Assembly (NCBI GenBank): GCA_044865955.1
Contig: JBIOTM010000152.1
Span: forward strand, 1 to 63,955
Origin: Actinomycetota bacterium
Lineage (GTDB): Bacteria; Actinomycetota; UBA4738; HRBIN12
Length of the DNA stretch: 63,955 nucleotides
Direction: 5' to 3'
This document shows, in pieces, positions 1 through 12,334 of the stretch. Each line of letters begins with the position of its first letter. Positions within the stretch are counted from its first letter, which is position 1. Position numbers and translations under genes: made by a program. Below the pieces are notes generated by a model, which was not told the origin of the DNA, did no database searches, and worked only from the letters and a program-made list of their open reading frames with translations.

Positions 1-2
1 GA

Positions 3-1397
3 TCGACCGCGCGCATCGGGGGGCAGCTCGCCACGGCTTCGGCCCTCGCCGGGGTCGGTGCCGGGCTCGTCGAGCACCACGGGCAATCCCAGACCCAGCG
101 GCTGCTGTCGCCGGCGGCGCAGACCGCCTCGGTCGACCGGTTCGCCGGCGGCGACCATCTCGTCGCGCTCGCCGCCTACCGGAAGGCCTTCGACCGGTCA
201 CGGGGCGCGCGGGCCGAGCTGGAGGAGCTGCGCGAGGCGGCTCGAGGGCGGGAGCGCGAGCTGGACCTGCTCGCCTACCAGGTCCGCGAGATCGAGTCGG
301 TCGGGCCCCGCGACGGCGAGACCGAGGAGCTCACCGCGGAGGAGGGCCGGCTCGCCCACGTCGAGCGGCTACTGGAGCACGCCACGGCCGCCGAGGCCGT
401 CCTCACGGGTGAGGGCGGCGTCGCCGACGCGACGGCGGCCCTCGCCGCCGCGCTGGACGCGGCGGCGGCGCTCGACGCGACCGCCGGGGACGCGTCGGCG
501 CGCGCCCGCGGGCTCGCCGTCGAGATGGCGGAGCTCGCCCACGACGTTCGCGCCTACCGCGAGGGTCTGGTGGCCGACCCCGAGCGCCTGCAGACGGTCC
601 GGGAGCGGATAGCGGCCCTCAAGCAGCTCCAACGGAAGTACGGGACCACCGACGCCGACGTCTCGGCGTACCTGGACGAGGCGTCGGAGCGGCTCCGGGT
701 CCTGGCGGGCGCCGACGACCGGCTGGACGAGCTCGCGGACGAGACCGCGGCCCTGGACCGGGAGGTGAGGGAACGGGCGGCAGGCATCACCGAAGCACGC
801 GCACAGGCCTCCGGTCGGCTCGCCGACGCCGTCGGGGCCGAGCTCGAGGAGCTCGGGATGCCCGGGGCGGCGTTCGAGTGCCGGGTGATCCCCGCCGACG
901 AGGTCGGCCCCACGGGTGCCGAACGGGTGGAGCTGTGGTTCTCGCCTTCGCCGAGCCAGCCGGTGCGTCCGCTCGCCACGTCGGCATCAGGCGGCGAGCG
1001 GTCCCGCGTCATGCTCGCGTGTCGGAGCGTGCTCGCCGATCTCGACGACGTCGGGACCATCGTCTTCGACGAGGTGGATGCGGGCATCGGGGGACAGGCC
1101 GGCCTGTCCGTGGGGCGGCGGCTCTCCAGGCTGGCGTCGAGCCGACAGGTGCTGGTCGTCACCCACCTCCCGCAGATCGCGTGCTTCGCCGGCCGTCACC
1201 TGCGCGTGACGAAAGAACGGGACACGGCCTCGGTCGACGTCCTGGACGACGCCGGTCGCAGCGAAGAGCTCTCGCGGATGCTGGCCGGCCTGGGTGGCAC
1301 GGAGAGCGCGGTCTCCCACGCAGAGGAGCTGCTCGCGGAGGCCCGACGGCTCCGCGGAGCCGCGCCCGCATCCCAGCCAAGCGGCGCCGTCACCTGA
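3..1397 (+). CDS. recN: DNA repair protein RecN, C-terminal ~464 aa (5' end lies outside the window)
   Basis: Frame 3 is open from the window edge. Coiled-coil text (ELEELREAARGRERELDLLAYQVREIE) is followed by an SMC/ABC signature and Walker B region (SGGERSRVMLA, IVFDEVDAGIGG, QVLVVTHLPQIA). Confidence 0.93.
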   Translation, partial: STARIGGQLATASALAGVGAGLVEHHGQSQTQRLLSPAAQTASVDRFAGGDHLVALAAYRKAFDRSRGARAELEELREAARGRERELDLLAYQVREIESVGPRDGETEELTAEEGRLAHVERLLEHATAAEAVLTGEGGVADATAALAAALDAAAALDATAGDASARARGLAVEMAELAHDVRAYREGLVADPERLQTVRERIAALKQLQRKYGTTDADVSAYLDEASERLRVLAGADDRLDELADETAALDREVRERAAGITEARAQASGRLADAVGAELEELGMPGAAFECRVIPADEVGPTGAERVELWFSPSPSQPVRPLATSASGGERSRVMLACRSVLADLDDVGTIVFDEVDAGIGGQAGLSVGRRLSRLASSRQVLVVTHLPQIACFAGRHLRVTKERDTASVDVLDDAGRSEELSRMLAGLGGTESAVSHAEELLAEARRLRGAAPASQPSGAVT

Positions 1398-1468
1398 GGC
1401 TCGCTCTCGGATACCCTCGGAGCACTCGAGGGACGGCCGGGACGGTCCCGGGCCGGGGAAGGGGCACG

Positions 1469-2659
1469 CTGGCCTCCAAGCTGCGTCGGCGCAGGTCATC
1501 GAGACCGCGGGGCCAGGCCGGGGGTCGCGCCAGGGTCGGCCGCCGGACGAAGGAGCTGGTCGGGCGGATCGAGCCTGGCGATGTCGCGGTCATCGACCAC
1601 GAGGACCTCGACCGGGTGGCCGCCGAGGCGCTCGTGCGTGCCGGTGTCGCCGCCGTCGTGAACGCCGCATCCTCGATCAGCGGCCGCTACCCGAACCTCG
1701 GACCGAGGATCCTGGACGAGGCGGGGGTCCCGCTCGTGGACCGGGTGGGGCCGCTGGTGCTCCAGAAGGTCGAGGACGGCGAGCCGGTCCGGGTCGAGGA
1801 CGACCGGTTGTTCGCGGGGGACCGGCTGGTGGGGGTGGGGGTCCGTCAGACCCGGTCGTCGATCCTCCGCGACATGGAGGCGGCTCGCGAGGCGGTCGAC
1901 GACCGCTTCGAAGGGTTCGCGAGGAACACGCTCGAGTACATGCGGGAGGAGCGGGACCTGCTCTTCGGTGGGGCGGGCCTCCCCGAGCTCCGCCATCCGC
2001 TCGCGGGCCGGCACGTCCTGGTGGTCGTGCGCGGGTACGGCTACCGGGAAGACCTCGCGGCGCTCCGCGGGTACATCCGGGACGCGAAGCCGGCGCTCGT
2101 CGGCGTAGACGGGGGCGCCGACGCCCTGATGGACGCCGGCTACATCCCGGACATCGTGATCGGCGACATGGACAGCGTGTCCGACCGCGCGCTCGAGTCG
2201 GCGCGACGCCCCCGGCGGCGTCCCACGGACGTCGTCCTGCACGCGTATCCCGACGGCCGCGCGCCGGGCCGGGCACGCCTGGAGCGCCTCGACATCCCCT
2301 ACGTCGAGGTGCGATCCGCGGGCACGAGCGAGGACGTGGCCTTCCTCCTCGCCCACGAGGAGCGAGCGGAGCTGATCGTGGCCGTGGGGACCCACGGCAA
2401 CCTGCGGGAGTTCCTCGACAAGGGGCGCCCGGGGATGTCGTCCACGTTCCTCGTCCGGCTCCGGGTGGGCGAGATCCTGATGGACGCGAAGGGGGTGGCG
2501 CGTCTGTATCCGGGCAGGGCCCGGACCCGGGACGTCGCGGTCCTGGTGGGCGCCGTCCTGGCGGCGATCGGGATCATGCTCGCCGCTTCCCCGGCCCTCC
2601 GACTGTACCTCGATCAGACGCTCCAGGGGATCGCGGACTGGGTGAGATCGATCCTGTGA
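1469..2659 (+). CDS. steA: Putative cytokinetic ring protein SteA (thiamine-pyrophosphokinase-like fold)
   Basis: LVGRIEPGDVAVIDHEDLDRVAAEALVRAGVAAVVNAASSISGRYPNLGP, IVIGDMDSV and THGNLREFLDKGR..MSSTFLVRL are typical SteA strings. The gene follows recN as in mycobacteria. The start is uncertain (no ATG/GTG near; CTG at 1469 or 1481). The upstream part of the 593-aa ORF is an RPG-rich shadow over recN. Confidence 0.8.
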   Translation: MASKLRRRRSSRPRGQAGGRARVGRRTKELVGRIEPGDVAVIDHEDLDRVAAEALVRAGVAAVVNAASSISGRYPNLGPRILDEAGVPLVDRVGPLVLQKVEDGEPVRVEDDRLFAGDRLVGVGVRQTRSSILRDMEAAREAVDDRFEGFARNTLEYMREERDLLFGGAGLPELRHPLAGRHVLVVVRGYGYREDLAALRGYIRDAKPALVGVDGGADALMDAGYIPDIVIGDMDSVSDRALESARRPRRRPTDVVLHAYPDGRAPGRARLERLDIPYVEVRSAGTSEDVAFLLAHEERAELIVAVGTHGNLREFLDKGRPGMSSTFLVRLRVGEILMDAKGVARLYPGRARTRDVAVLVGAVLAAIGIMLAASPALRLYLDQTLQGIADWVRSIL

Positions 2660-3594
2660 TCTCGTGGCGGTACCACGTCGTCTCGATCGTCGCGGTCGTG
2701 CTCGCCTTCGGGCTGGGCATCCTGGCGGGGACCTCGGTGAGCGGTCCGTTCGTTCGGACCCTCCAGGACAACTACGACTCGGTCGTCCAGCAGCGAGACG
2801 ACCTGCGCTCGGCGATCGCCATCCTGGAGCGGTTCGCCACCGGCTTGCAGCCGACGCTCCGCGACGGGGTCCTCTCGGGCCGGGCGGCGGTGGTGGTCAC
2901 GATGGAGGGCGTGGACGGGCCCGCGCGCCGGACCGTGGACGAGCTCGCGGCGGGTGGCGTCGACGTGAGGGCGACCTTGGAGCTGACCCGGAGGCTCGTC
3001 GAGGCGGACGTCGAGGACAACGCCCTGATCCTCCGCGAGATCCTCGATGCGGCGGACGCGCCCGCCGATGTCCTGCGCCGGCGTCTGATCGACGGGCTCG
3101 CGGTGCGTCTCGCCGTCGGTCCGACGGCCGACGGGGACGAGGGCGATGTGCTCGGACGGCTCCTGGCCGGGGGGCTGGTGACGGCCGACCGGGATCTCGA
3201 CGCCGAGGCGCTCCTCGACATCGGTGGCGGCGGCCAGCTCGTCGTGATCGCGACGGGCGGGTCCCCGCCCGCCGATCTCCCCGGCCCCGGAGCGCTCCTG
3301 GTCCCCCTCGCCGAACGCCTGATCCAGCTGGACGTCGCGGCCGCGGCCGTGGGGCCGACCGACGACGGCTACGGGTTCGTGCGGGCGGTCAGGGACGCGA
3401 CCGACGTCCCCGACTGCGCGCTGGTGACCGTCGACGACATCGATCTGACGATCGGTGGGATCGCGCTGGTGATGGGGCTCGATCGGTTCCTGGAGGATCC
3501 GGACCCGGCCTTCCGCCCGGGCGGCGACTACGGGGTAACGGGGGACGAGATCCTGCCGGGTGCCGAAGAGGTCCCGGCTTCCTGCGGTCGGTGA
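2656..3594 (+). CDS. steB: MctB/SteB-family (copper transporter family) membrane-anchored protein
   Basis: GTG at 2656 overlaps the steA stop (GTGA). The N-terminus VISWRYHVVSIVAVVLAFGLGILAG followed by a coiled segment is the characteristic family start. Position after steA matches the Rv1697-Rv1698 order. Confidence 0.75.
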   Translation: MISWRYHVVSIVAVVLAFGLGILAGTSVSGPFVRTLQDNYDSVVQQRDDLRSAIAILERFATGLQPTLRDGVLSGRAAVVVTMEGVDGPARRTVDELAAGGVDVRATLELTRRLVEADVEDNALILREILDAADAPADVLRRRLIDGLAVRLAVGPTADGDEGDVLGRLLAGGLVTADRDLDAEALLDIGGGGQLVVIATGGSPPADLPGPGALLVPLAERLIQLDVAAAAVGPTDDGYGFVRAVRDATDVPDCALVTVDDIDLTIGGIALVMGLDRFLEDPDPAFRPGGDYGVTGDEILPGAEEVPASCGR

Positions 3595-4276
3595 TGGCCG
3601 GCCGCACCGTCGCGCTCGTCCCCGCCGCCGACGAGGCCACGCGCGTGGGGTCTGCCGTCGAGGCCCTGGAGCCGTTCGTCGATGAGGTGGTCGTCGTGGA
3701 CGACGGGTCGAGGGACGGGACGGCCTCGGCCGCGTTGGTCGCGGGGGCGACCGTCCTGCGCGCCTCGCGCCGGCAAGGCAAGGGCCGGGCGATGGAGGAC
3801 GCCCTCGAGCGTCTCGGCCCGGCCGACGTCTGGGTCTTCGCCGACGCGGATCTCGGCGGCACCTCCGGGCTGCTCACCCCCCTGCTGGAGGCCGTGGTCG
3901 GCGGGGGGGCGGACCTGGCGATCGCCGTCTTCCCGACGCTCGGCGGTGGAGGCTTCGGTCTCGTGAAGAGGACCGCCGCCGGGCTGATCCGCTCGGTGTG
4001 CGGGTTCGAGGCGCGTGAGCCGCTCTCGGGCCAGCGGGCGCTCACCGCCGCGGCCCTCGCGGCGGTTCGCCCGCTGGCCCCGGGCTTCGGGGTGGAGGTC
4101 GCGATGACGATCGACGCGGTCCGGGCCGGGCTCCGGGTCGTGGAGATCCCGATCGAGGGTCTCAGCCACCGCCCGACCGGACGCGGCGCGCGAGGCTTCG
4201 CGCACCGCGCCCGCCAGGGGCTGGACATCGTGATGGCCGTCGCCGTCAGGGTGGGGCCGATCCGGCCGGGCCGGCG

Positions 4277-4283
<7 letters not shown>
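3594..4283 (+). CDS. Family 2 glycosyltransferase (small, soluble)
   Basis: ATG at 3594 overlaps the steB TGA. VVVVDDGSRDGT ... ADADLGG (DxD-like) ... EVAMTIDAVRAGLRVVEIPI are GT2 hallmarks. Confidence 0.8.
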
Positions 4284-6722
<2,439 letters not shown>

Positions 6723-6725
6723 CGG

Positions 6726-7247
6726 ATGCTACAACCGACGGGCTCGCGCCCCGTCTTCCGGGGCCGGTGGGTCCAGGTCGACGAGGAGGACTGGCCGGAC
6801 CTCGGGAGCGGGACCTACGAGGTCGTGCGAACGCGGGACGCCGCCTGCGTGCTCCCGATCACGCCCGGCGCCGACGTGCTCCTGGTCCGGCAGTTCCGCC
6901 CCGCCGTGCGGCAGATGCTCGTCGAGGTGCCGGCCGGCCTCCTCGACGTGGGGGGCGAGGACGCCGCGACCTGCGTCGCCCGCGAGCTCTTCGAGGAGAC
7001 GGGATACCGTCACACGTCGCTCGAGTCGCTCGGCGGCGTCCATACGGCCGTGGGCTTCGGGACAGAGTTCGTCCACATCTTCCTCGCGCGGACCGCCAAC
7101 GAACCCGAAGGGTCCCCCGAGGAGGGGATCGAGCTCGTGCGCCGTCCGTTCCGAGAGATGGTCAAGCGGGCCCGGGCCGGTCGGATCGAGGACGCGAAGA
7201 CCGCGCTCGCCCTGCTCCTCGCCGACGCCCGAACGACCCCGGGGTAG
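6726..7247 (+). CDS. NUDIX hydrolase (ADP-ribose pyrophosphatase-like)
   Basis: Nudix box GLLDVGGEDAATCVARELFEETGY. Sits after pyrG as in mycobacteria. Confidence 0.85.
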   Translation: MLQPTGSRPVFRGRWVQVDEEDWPDLGSGTYEVVRTRDAACVLPITPGADVLLVRQFRPAVRQMLVEVPAGLLDVGGEDAATCVARELFEETGYRHTSLESLGGVHTAVGFGTEFVHIFLARTANEPEGSPEEGIELVRRPFREMVKRARAGRIEDAKTALALLLADARTTPG

Positions 7248-7283
7248 GCTGACCCAGGCCGGGAAGGCCGGAAGGGGGACGGC

Positions 7284-8408
7284 GTGATCGTCGGCATCCC
7301 CAAGGAGGTCAAGGACAACGAGTACCGGGTCGCGGCGACCCCGGAGGGCGTGCGCGAGCTGGTCGATGCCGGGCACGCGGTCCTGATCGAGGAAGGCGCG
7401 GGACTGGGCTCGAGCCTCGTGGAGGGGCGGTACGAGCGCGCGGGGGCGCAGTTCGTCCCGTCCGCCGAGGACGTGTGGCGCGGTGCCGACCTGGTCCTCA
7501 AGGTGAAGGAGCCGCAGCCCTCCGAGTTCGAGCTGATGCGGGAGGGACAGGTCCTGTTCACCTACCTGCACCTGGCGGCGAACCGGCAGCTCACCGAGGA
7601 GCTGATGCGGCGGAAGGTGGCCGCCGTGGCCTACGAGACGGTCCAGCTCGCCGACGGTCGGCTCCCGCTGCTCGCGCCGATGAGCGAGATCGCCGGTCGG
7701 ATGGCGCCGCACGTGGCCGCTCGGTTCCTGGAGAAGGAGGCCGGGGGCCGAGGCGTCCTGATGGGGGGCGTCTCGGGTGTCCGGCCGGCCCGCGTGTTGG
7801 TCCTGGGCGCGGGGATGGCCGGCGCGAACGCGGCGTGGATCGCAGCGGGGATGGAGGCCGAGGTCTTCGTCGTCGACAAGAACCTGGACAAGCTCCGGTT
7901 CATCGACCAGATCCACAAGGGCCGGATCATGACGCTGATGTCGGACCGGCTCACGCTCGAGCAGCGCGTTCGCGAAGCGGACGCGGTGATCGGCAGCGTG
8001 CTGCTGCCGGGCGCGAGGGCGCCGGTGATCGTGAGCGAGCAGATGGTGGCATCGATGCGCCCCGGGTCCGTGATCGTCGACATCGCGATCGACCAGGGGG
8101 GGTGCGTCGAGACCTCACGGATGACCACGCATTCGGAACCCACGTACGTCGTGCACGACGTGGTGCACTACTGCGTCGGCAACATGCCGGGCGCCGTGCC
8201 GAACACGTCGACGTACGCCCTCACGAACGTGACGCTCCCGTACGTCCTCGACATCGCGGCGAGGGGGCTGGAGGACGCGGTGCGATCGGATCCGGCGCTC
8301 GCGGTGGGCGTGAACGTGTACGCGGGATCCGTCACGAACCACGGCGTCGCCGAGGCGCACGACCTCGAGCACGTCCCCCTGAGCGAGCTGATCGACGGAC
8401 TCGGCTGA
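7284..8408 (+). CDS. ald: Alanine dehydrogenase
   Basis: GTG start. IVGIPKEVKDNEYRVAATPEGVRELV, the Rossmann motif VLVLGAGMAGANAA and VVHYCVGNMPGAVP. Confidence 0.95.
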   Translation: MIVGIPKEVKDNEYRVAATPEGVRELVDAGHAVLIEEGAGLGSSLVEGRYERAGAQFVPSAEDVWRGADLVLKVKEPQPSEFELMREGQVLFTYLHLAANRQLTEELMRRKVAAVAYETVQLADGRLPLLAPMSEIAGRMAPHVAARFLEKEAGGRGVLMGGVSGVRPARVLVLGAGMAGANAAWIAAGMEAEVFVVDKNLDKLRFIDQIHKGRIMTLMSDRLTLEQRVREADAVIGSVLLPGARAPVIVSEQMVASMRPGSVIVDIAIDQGGCVETSRMTTHSEPTYVVHDVVHYCVGNMPGAVPNTSTYALTNVTLPYVLDIAARGLEDAVRSDPALAVGVNVYAGSVTNHGVAEAHDLEHVPLSELIDGLG

Positions 8409-8420
8409 GGAGGCCCGGCG

Positions 8421-9359
8421 TTGACCGACGCGATGGCGGCGGAGGCGGAGCGGTACCTCGACCACCTGGCCGTCGAACGCGGGCTCTCCCAGCACACGCT
8501 GGCCGCGTACCGCCGGGACCTGCGGCGCTACGTCTCCTTCCTGTCCCGCAGGGACGTGGGCGGGCCGGACGCTGTGGAGGAGGCCACCGTCAGGTCCTTC
8601 GTGGCCGCGCTCTCGGCGTCCACCCACGGGGCCGACGGCAAGCCCTACCGGGCGACATCGGTGGCGAGGGCGCTCTCGGCGATCCGGTCGTTCCACCGGT
8701 TCCTGGTGCGGGAAGGCGTGACCGACCGTGACCCGGCCGCCGGCGTCTCGCAGCCCCGCCTGCCGCGATCCCTGCCGCGGCCGCTCCCCGTCGAGGAGGT
8801 CATCCGACTGCTCGAGGCCCCCGACCCCGGAACGCGGACCGGCGTCCGGGACCGGGCGATCCTCGAGCTCCTGTACGGCTCGGGGCTCAGGATCTCGGAG
8901 CTGACCGGGTTGGACGTCGACGACGTGGACCTCGAGGACGGGAGCCTGCGGGTCCTCGGGAAGGGCGCGAAGGAACGAGAGGTGCCGCTGGGGTCCTTCG
9001 GGCGCGACGCGATCGCCGCGTACCTCACGCGCGGCCGCCCCGCGCTCGCCTCCGCCTCGACGCGCGGCGCCCTGTTCCTGAACGCGCGGGGCGGCCGCCT
9101 GTCGCGCCAGAGCTGTGCGCGCGTGCTCGGGCGCTACGTCCGGCTGGCCGGCATCGAGCGGCGCGTCACCCTCCACACGCTCCGGCACTCGTTCGCGACG
9201 CATCTCCTCGAAGGCGGCGCCGACGTCCGGGTGGTGCAGGAGCTCCTCGGGCACGCCAGCGTCGCGACGACCCAGATCTATACGCTCGTCACGTCGCAGC
9301 ACCTGCGGGAGGTCTACGAGACGTCCCATCCACGTGCCCGTCGCCCGGCGGGCGCGTGA
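8421..9359 (+). CDS. xerD: Site-specific tyrosine recombinase XerD
   Basis: TTG start. N-terminal SAM-like domain (YLDHLAVERGLSQHTLAAYRRDLRRY) and catalytic R..HxxR..Y region (LYGSGLRISEL, HTLRHSFATHLLEGGADVRVVQELLGHASVATTQIY). Confidence 0.93.
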   Translation: MTDAMAAEAERYLDHLAVERGLSQHTLAAYRRDLRRYVSFLSRRDVGGPDAVEEATVRSFVAALSASTHGADGKPYRATSVARALSAIRSFHRFLVREGVTDRDPAAGVSQPRLPRSLPRPLPVEEVIRLLEAPDPGTRTGVRDRAILELLYGSGLRISELTGLDVDDVDLEDGSLRVLGKGAKEREVPLGSFGRDAIAAYLTRGRPALASASTRGALFLNARGGRLSRQSCARVLGRYVRLAGIERRVTLHTLRHSFATHLLEGGADVRVVQELLGHASVATTQIYTLVTSQHLREVYETSHPRARRPAGA

Positions 9360-9369
9360 GCGTGGGCCC

Positions 9370-9723
9370 ATGATGGATCCGAGCACGCTCTCGTCGCTCC
9401 GGCAGGAACTGCTGGGGCAGCGCAACCATCTGCGGGACGAGATCCAGGCGCAGGGCGCGGATCCGGACTCGGACGACGTGACGTTCGTCGACGATGCGGG
9501 ATTCGCGGATCGCAGCCACAGCACGGAGGAGCGCTCCCGGTTGATCTCCGTGGTCCGGGCCCTCCGTTCGAACCTCCTGGACGTCGAGCGGGCCCTCGCG
9601 AAGATGGAGGCCGGCACGTACGGGATCTGCGAGCGGTGCGGCGGTGAGATCTCGACGGAGCGGCTGGAGGCGTTGCCCTGGGCCGTTCTCTGCATCGACC
9701 ACGCGCAGCGCGCGGATCGATGA
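9370..9723 (+). CDS. DksA/TraR-family C4 zinc-finger protein
   Basis: ATG at 9370 within a longer ORF. C-terminal GICERCGGEISTERLEALPWAVLCIDH is the DksA/TraR CxxC-N17-C motif. Confidence 0.8.
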   Translation: MMDPSTLSSLRQELLGQRNHLRDEIQAQGADPDSDDVTFVDDAGFADRSHSTEERSRLISVVRALRSNLLDVERALAKMEAGTYGICERCGGEISTERLEALPWAVLCIDHAQRADR

Positions 9724-10901
9724 CAGCCCTCGTCCCGCGCGTCCTCGTCGTGGTGTGCGACTCGTGGGGGGTGGGGGACGCGCCCGATGCAGCCGCCTAC
9801 GGCGACGAGGGGTCCGACACCCTGGCGAACACCGCCTCGGCGGTCGGAGGCGTGCGCGCGCCCAACCTCGAACGGCTCGGCCTCGGGCTGCTCACGAGGA
9901 TCGAGGGCGTCGCCCCCACGGCCGGGCCCGGCACCGCGCACGGGCGTGCGACCGAGCGTTCCGCAGGGAAGGACACGACGACCGGCCACTGGGAGATGAT
10001 GGGGATCCGGGTGGACGAACCCTTCCCGCTGTATCCAGACGGGTTCCCTCCGGAGATCGTCGAGCCGTTCGAGTCGGAGATCGGCAGAGCGATCCTCGGC
10101 AACGCCCCGGCGTCGGGCACGGAGATCATCGCCCGCCTCGGGGGGGAGCACCTGCGGACCGGGCGTCCGATCGTGTACACGTCTGGCGATTCCGTGTTCC
10201 AGGTGGCGTGCCACGAGTCGGTCGTGGACCTACCGACGCTCTACGAGTGGTGCCGGGTGGCGCGGCGGCTGCTCACCGGCCGCCACAACGTCGGGCGCGT
10301 CATCGCGCGTCCGTTCACCGGTGAGCCAGGTGCGTTCGTCCGGAGTCCCGAGCGCCGGGACTTCTCCCTGCCGCCTCCCGGTCCCACCGCCCTGGATCGC
10401 CTGCAGGAGGCGGGGGTGGCCGTGTACGGGGTGGGGAAGATCAGAGACATCTTCTCCGGCCAGGGGGTCACCGAAGGGCGCTATTCGGACTCGAACGACC
10501 ACGGGGTGGACCTCACCCTCGATCTCCTCCGGAGGCCGGGCCCGAGCTTCGTGTTCACGAACCTCGTGGATTTCGACTCGAAGTACGGCCACCGGAACGA
10601 CCCGGGGGGATATGCGGCCTGCGTGGAGGCCTTCGACAGCCGGCTGCCGGAGCTGGTCGGGGCGCTCGACGGGGGGATCATGCTGATCACCGGCGATCAC
10701 GGCTGCGACCCGACCACGCCGTCGACCGATCACTCGAGGGAGCGAACCCCGCTCCTCGCCGCGGGCCTCACGGGCGGGCCGTACGAGATCGGCACGCGGG
10801 GGTTCTCCGATCTCGGCCAGACGGTGATGGCGCTCCTGGGCGCCGACGGGGCGGACCTCGAAGGGGAAGCGTTCGTCGAGCTGATGGGCGCCGTCCGATG
10901 A
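9720..10901 (+). CDS. deoB: Phosphopentomutase
   Basis: ATG overlaps the upstream TGA. VVVCDSWGVGDAPDA, GKDTTTGHWEMMG, NLVDFDSKYGHRND and ITGDHGCDPT. Confidence 0.95.
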   Translation: MTALVPRVLVVVCDSWGVGDAPDAAAYGDEGSDTLANTASAVGGVRAPNLERLGLGLLTRIEGVAPTAGPGTAHGRATERSAGKDTTTGHWEMMGIRVDEPFPLYPDGFPPEIVEPFESEIGRAILGNAPASGTEIIARLGGEHLRTGRPIVYTSGDSVFQVACHESVVDLPTLYEWCRVARRLLTGRHNVGRVIARPFTGEPGAFVRSPERRDFSLPPPGPTALDRLQEAGVAVYGVGKIRDIFSGQGVTEGRYSDSNDHGVDLTLDLLRRPGPSFVFTNLVDFDSKYGHRNDPGGYAACVEAFDSRLPELVGALDGGIMLITGDHGCDPTTPSTDHSRERTPLLAAGLTGGPYEIGTRGFSDLGQTVMALLGADGADLEGEAFVELMGAVR

Positions 10902-11019
10902 AGCTGAGGTGGAGGTGGGGGCTCGGCCCGCTCCGGGCCGGGTCGTTCCCAGCGATCGACCCTCCGGCTCCGGTCGAGGGTCGGCTCGGGAGATCGTTCG
11001 GGGCGAGCGAGGGCCGCCG

Positions 11020-12330
11020 TTGACCCCGAGGGACCCTCGCTCCATCGTCGCGGCGAAACGGGACGGGAGGCGCCTGACCGAGGCCGAGGTGCGGTCCTTC
11101 GTCGAGGCCTACACGGGGGGAGCGGTGACCGACGCGCTCGCGGCCGCGTTCCTCATGGCCTCCCTCCTGAACGGCCTGGATCCCGAGGAGACCCTCTCCC
11201 TGACCCGGGCGATGGTCGACTCGGGCGACACCGTGAGCTTCTCGGACCTCGGTCGGCCGACCGTCGACAAGCACTCGACGGGTGGGGTGGCGGACGGCGT
11301 CACCCTCGTGTTCGCCCCTCTCGCGGCGGCCCTCGGGCTGGCGGTCGCCAAGCTGTCGGGCCGGGGTCTGGGCCACACCGGCGGCACGCTGGACAAGCTG
11401 GAGTCGATCCCGGGCCTGCGCACCGATCTGTCTCCGCACGAGATCCGATCGCAGGTCGCGGAGGTGGGGTGTGCCGTGGCGGCCCAATCGGCCAACCTCG
11501 TCCCCGCCGACGGCGCCCTCTACGCGCTCCGGGACGCGACGGCGACGGTCCCGTCGGTGCCGCTGATCGCGGCCAGCGTCATGTCGAAGAAGCTCGCCGT
11601 AGGTACCGATCTGATCCTGCTCGACGTCAAGGCCGGCTCGGGAGCGTTCATGAAGACCGCGGACGAGGCCCGCGAGCTCGCCGGCGCCTGCCTCTCGCTC
11701 GCCTCCGGCTGGGGCCGGGAGGCGAGCGCCGCGGTGACCGACATGTCCCAGCCGCTCGGGGACGCCGTCGGCAACGCGCTCGACGTGGCCGAGGCGATCG
11801 CCGTCCTCGCCGGGGAGCCGGCCGGCCGCCTGCGCGAGCTGTCCGTGCTGTTCGCCGCCCGGGCGCTGGAGGCGACGCGCGGCGTCGGTCGCGACGACGC
11901 CCTCGCGCAGGCGGCCGCGGCGCTCGACGGCGGAGCCGCGATCGACCGGTTCCGGGCCATGGTGCAGGCGCAGGGGGGCGACCCCCGCGTGGTCGACGAT
12001 CCCGCGGCCGTGCTACCGCATGCCCCCGTGCGGGCGCCGATCCTGTCGGACCGGACGGGGACGCTCGCGGCGGTCCGGGCCGAGGACATCGGTCTGGCGA
12101 GCGTCGCGCTGGGGGCGGGACGGGTGCGCAAGGGCGATCCGATCGACCCGGCCGTCGGTATCGTGGTGCGTCCGAAGATCGGCGACCGGGTCGAGGCCGG
12201 ACAGCCCATCGGGGAGATCCACGCACGGGATCGGGACGCCGCGGACGAGGCGGCTCGGAGGGTCCTCGGCGCGATGGACGTCGCCGATGGCCCGGTCGAG
12301 CCTCCGCCCCTGGTGCACGCGTGGATGTGA
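11020..12330 (+). CDS. deoA: Thymidine / pyrimidine-nucleoside phosphorylase
   Basis: IVAAKRDGRRLTEAEVRSFV, VDKHSTGGVADG, SGRGLGHTGGTLDKLESIPG and VMSKKLA. A TTG at 11020 gives the typical ~436 aa. The ORF is open back to 10909. Confidence 0.92.
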   Translation: MTPRDPRSIVAAKRDGRRLTEAEVRSFVEAYTGGAVTDALAAAFLMASLLNGLDPEETLSLTRAMVDSGDTVSFSDLGRPTVDKHSTGGVADGVTLVFAPLAAALGLAVAKLSGRGLGHTGGTLDKLESIPGLRTDLSPHEIRSQVAEVGCAVAAQSANLVPADGALYALRDATATVPSVPLIAASVMSKKLAVGTDLILLDVKAGSGAFMKTADEARELAGACLSLASGWGREASAAVTDMSQPLGDAVGNALDVAEAIAVLAGEPAGRLRELSVLFAARALEATRGVGRDDALAQAAAALDGGAAIDRFRAMVQAQGGDPRVVDDPAAVLPHAPVRAPILSDRTGTLAAVRAEDIGLASVALGAGRVRKGDPIDPAVGIVVRPKIGDRVEAGQPIGEIHARDRDAADEAARRVLGAMDVADGPVEPPPLVHAWM

Positions 12331-12334
12331 TCGA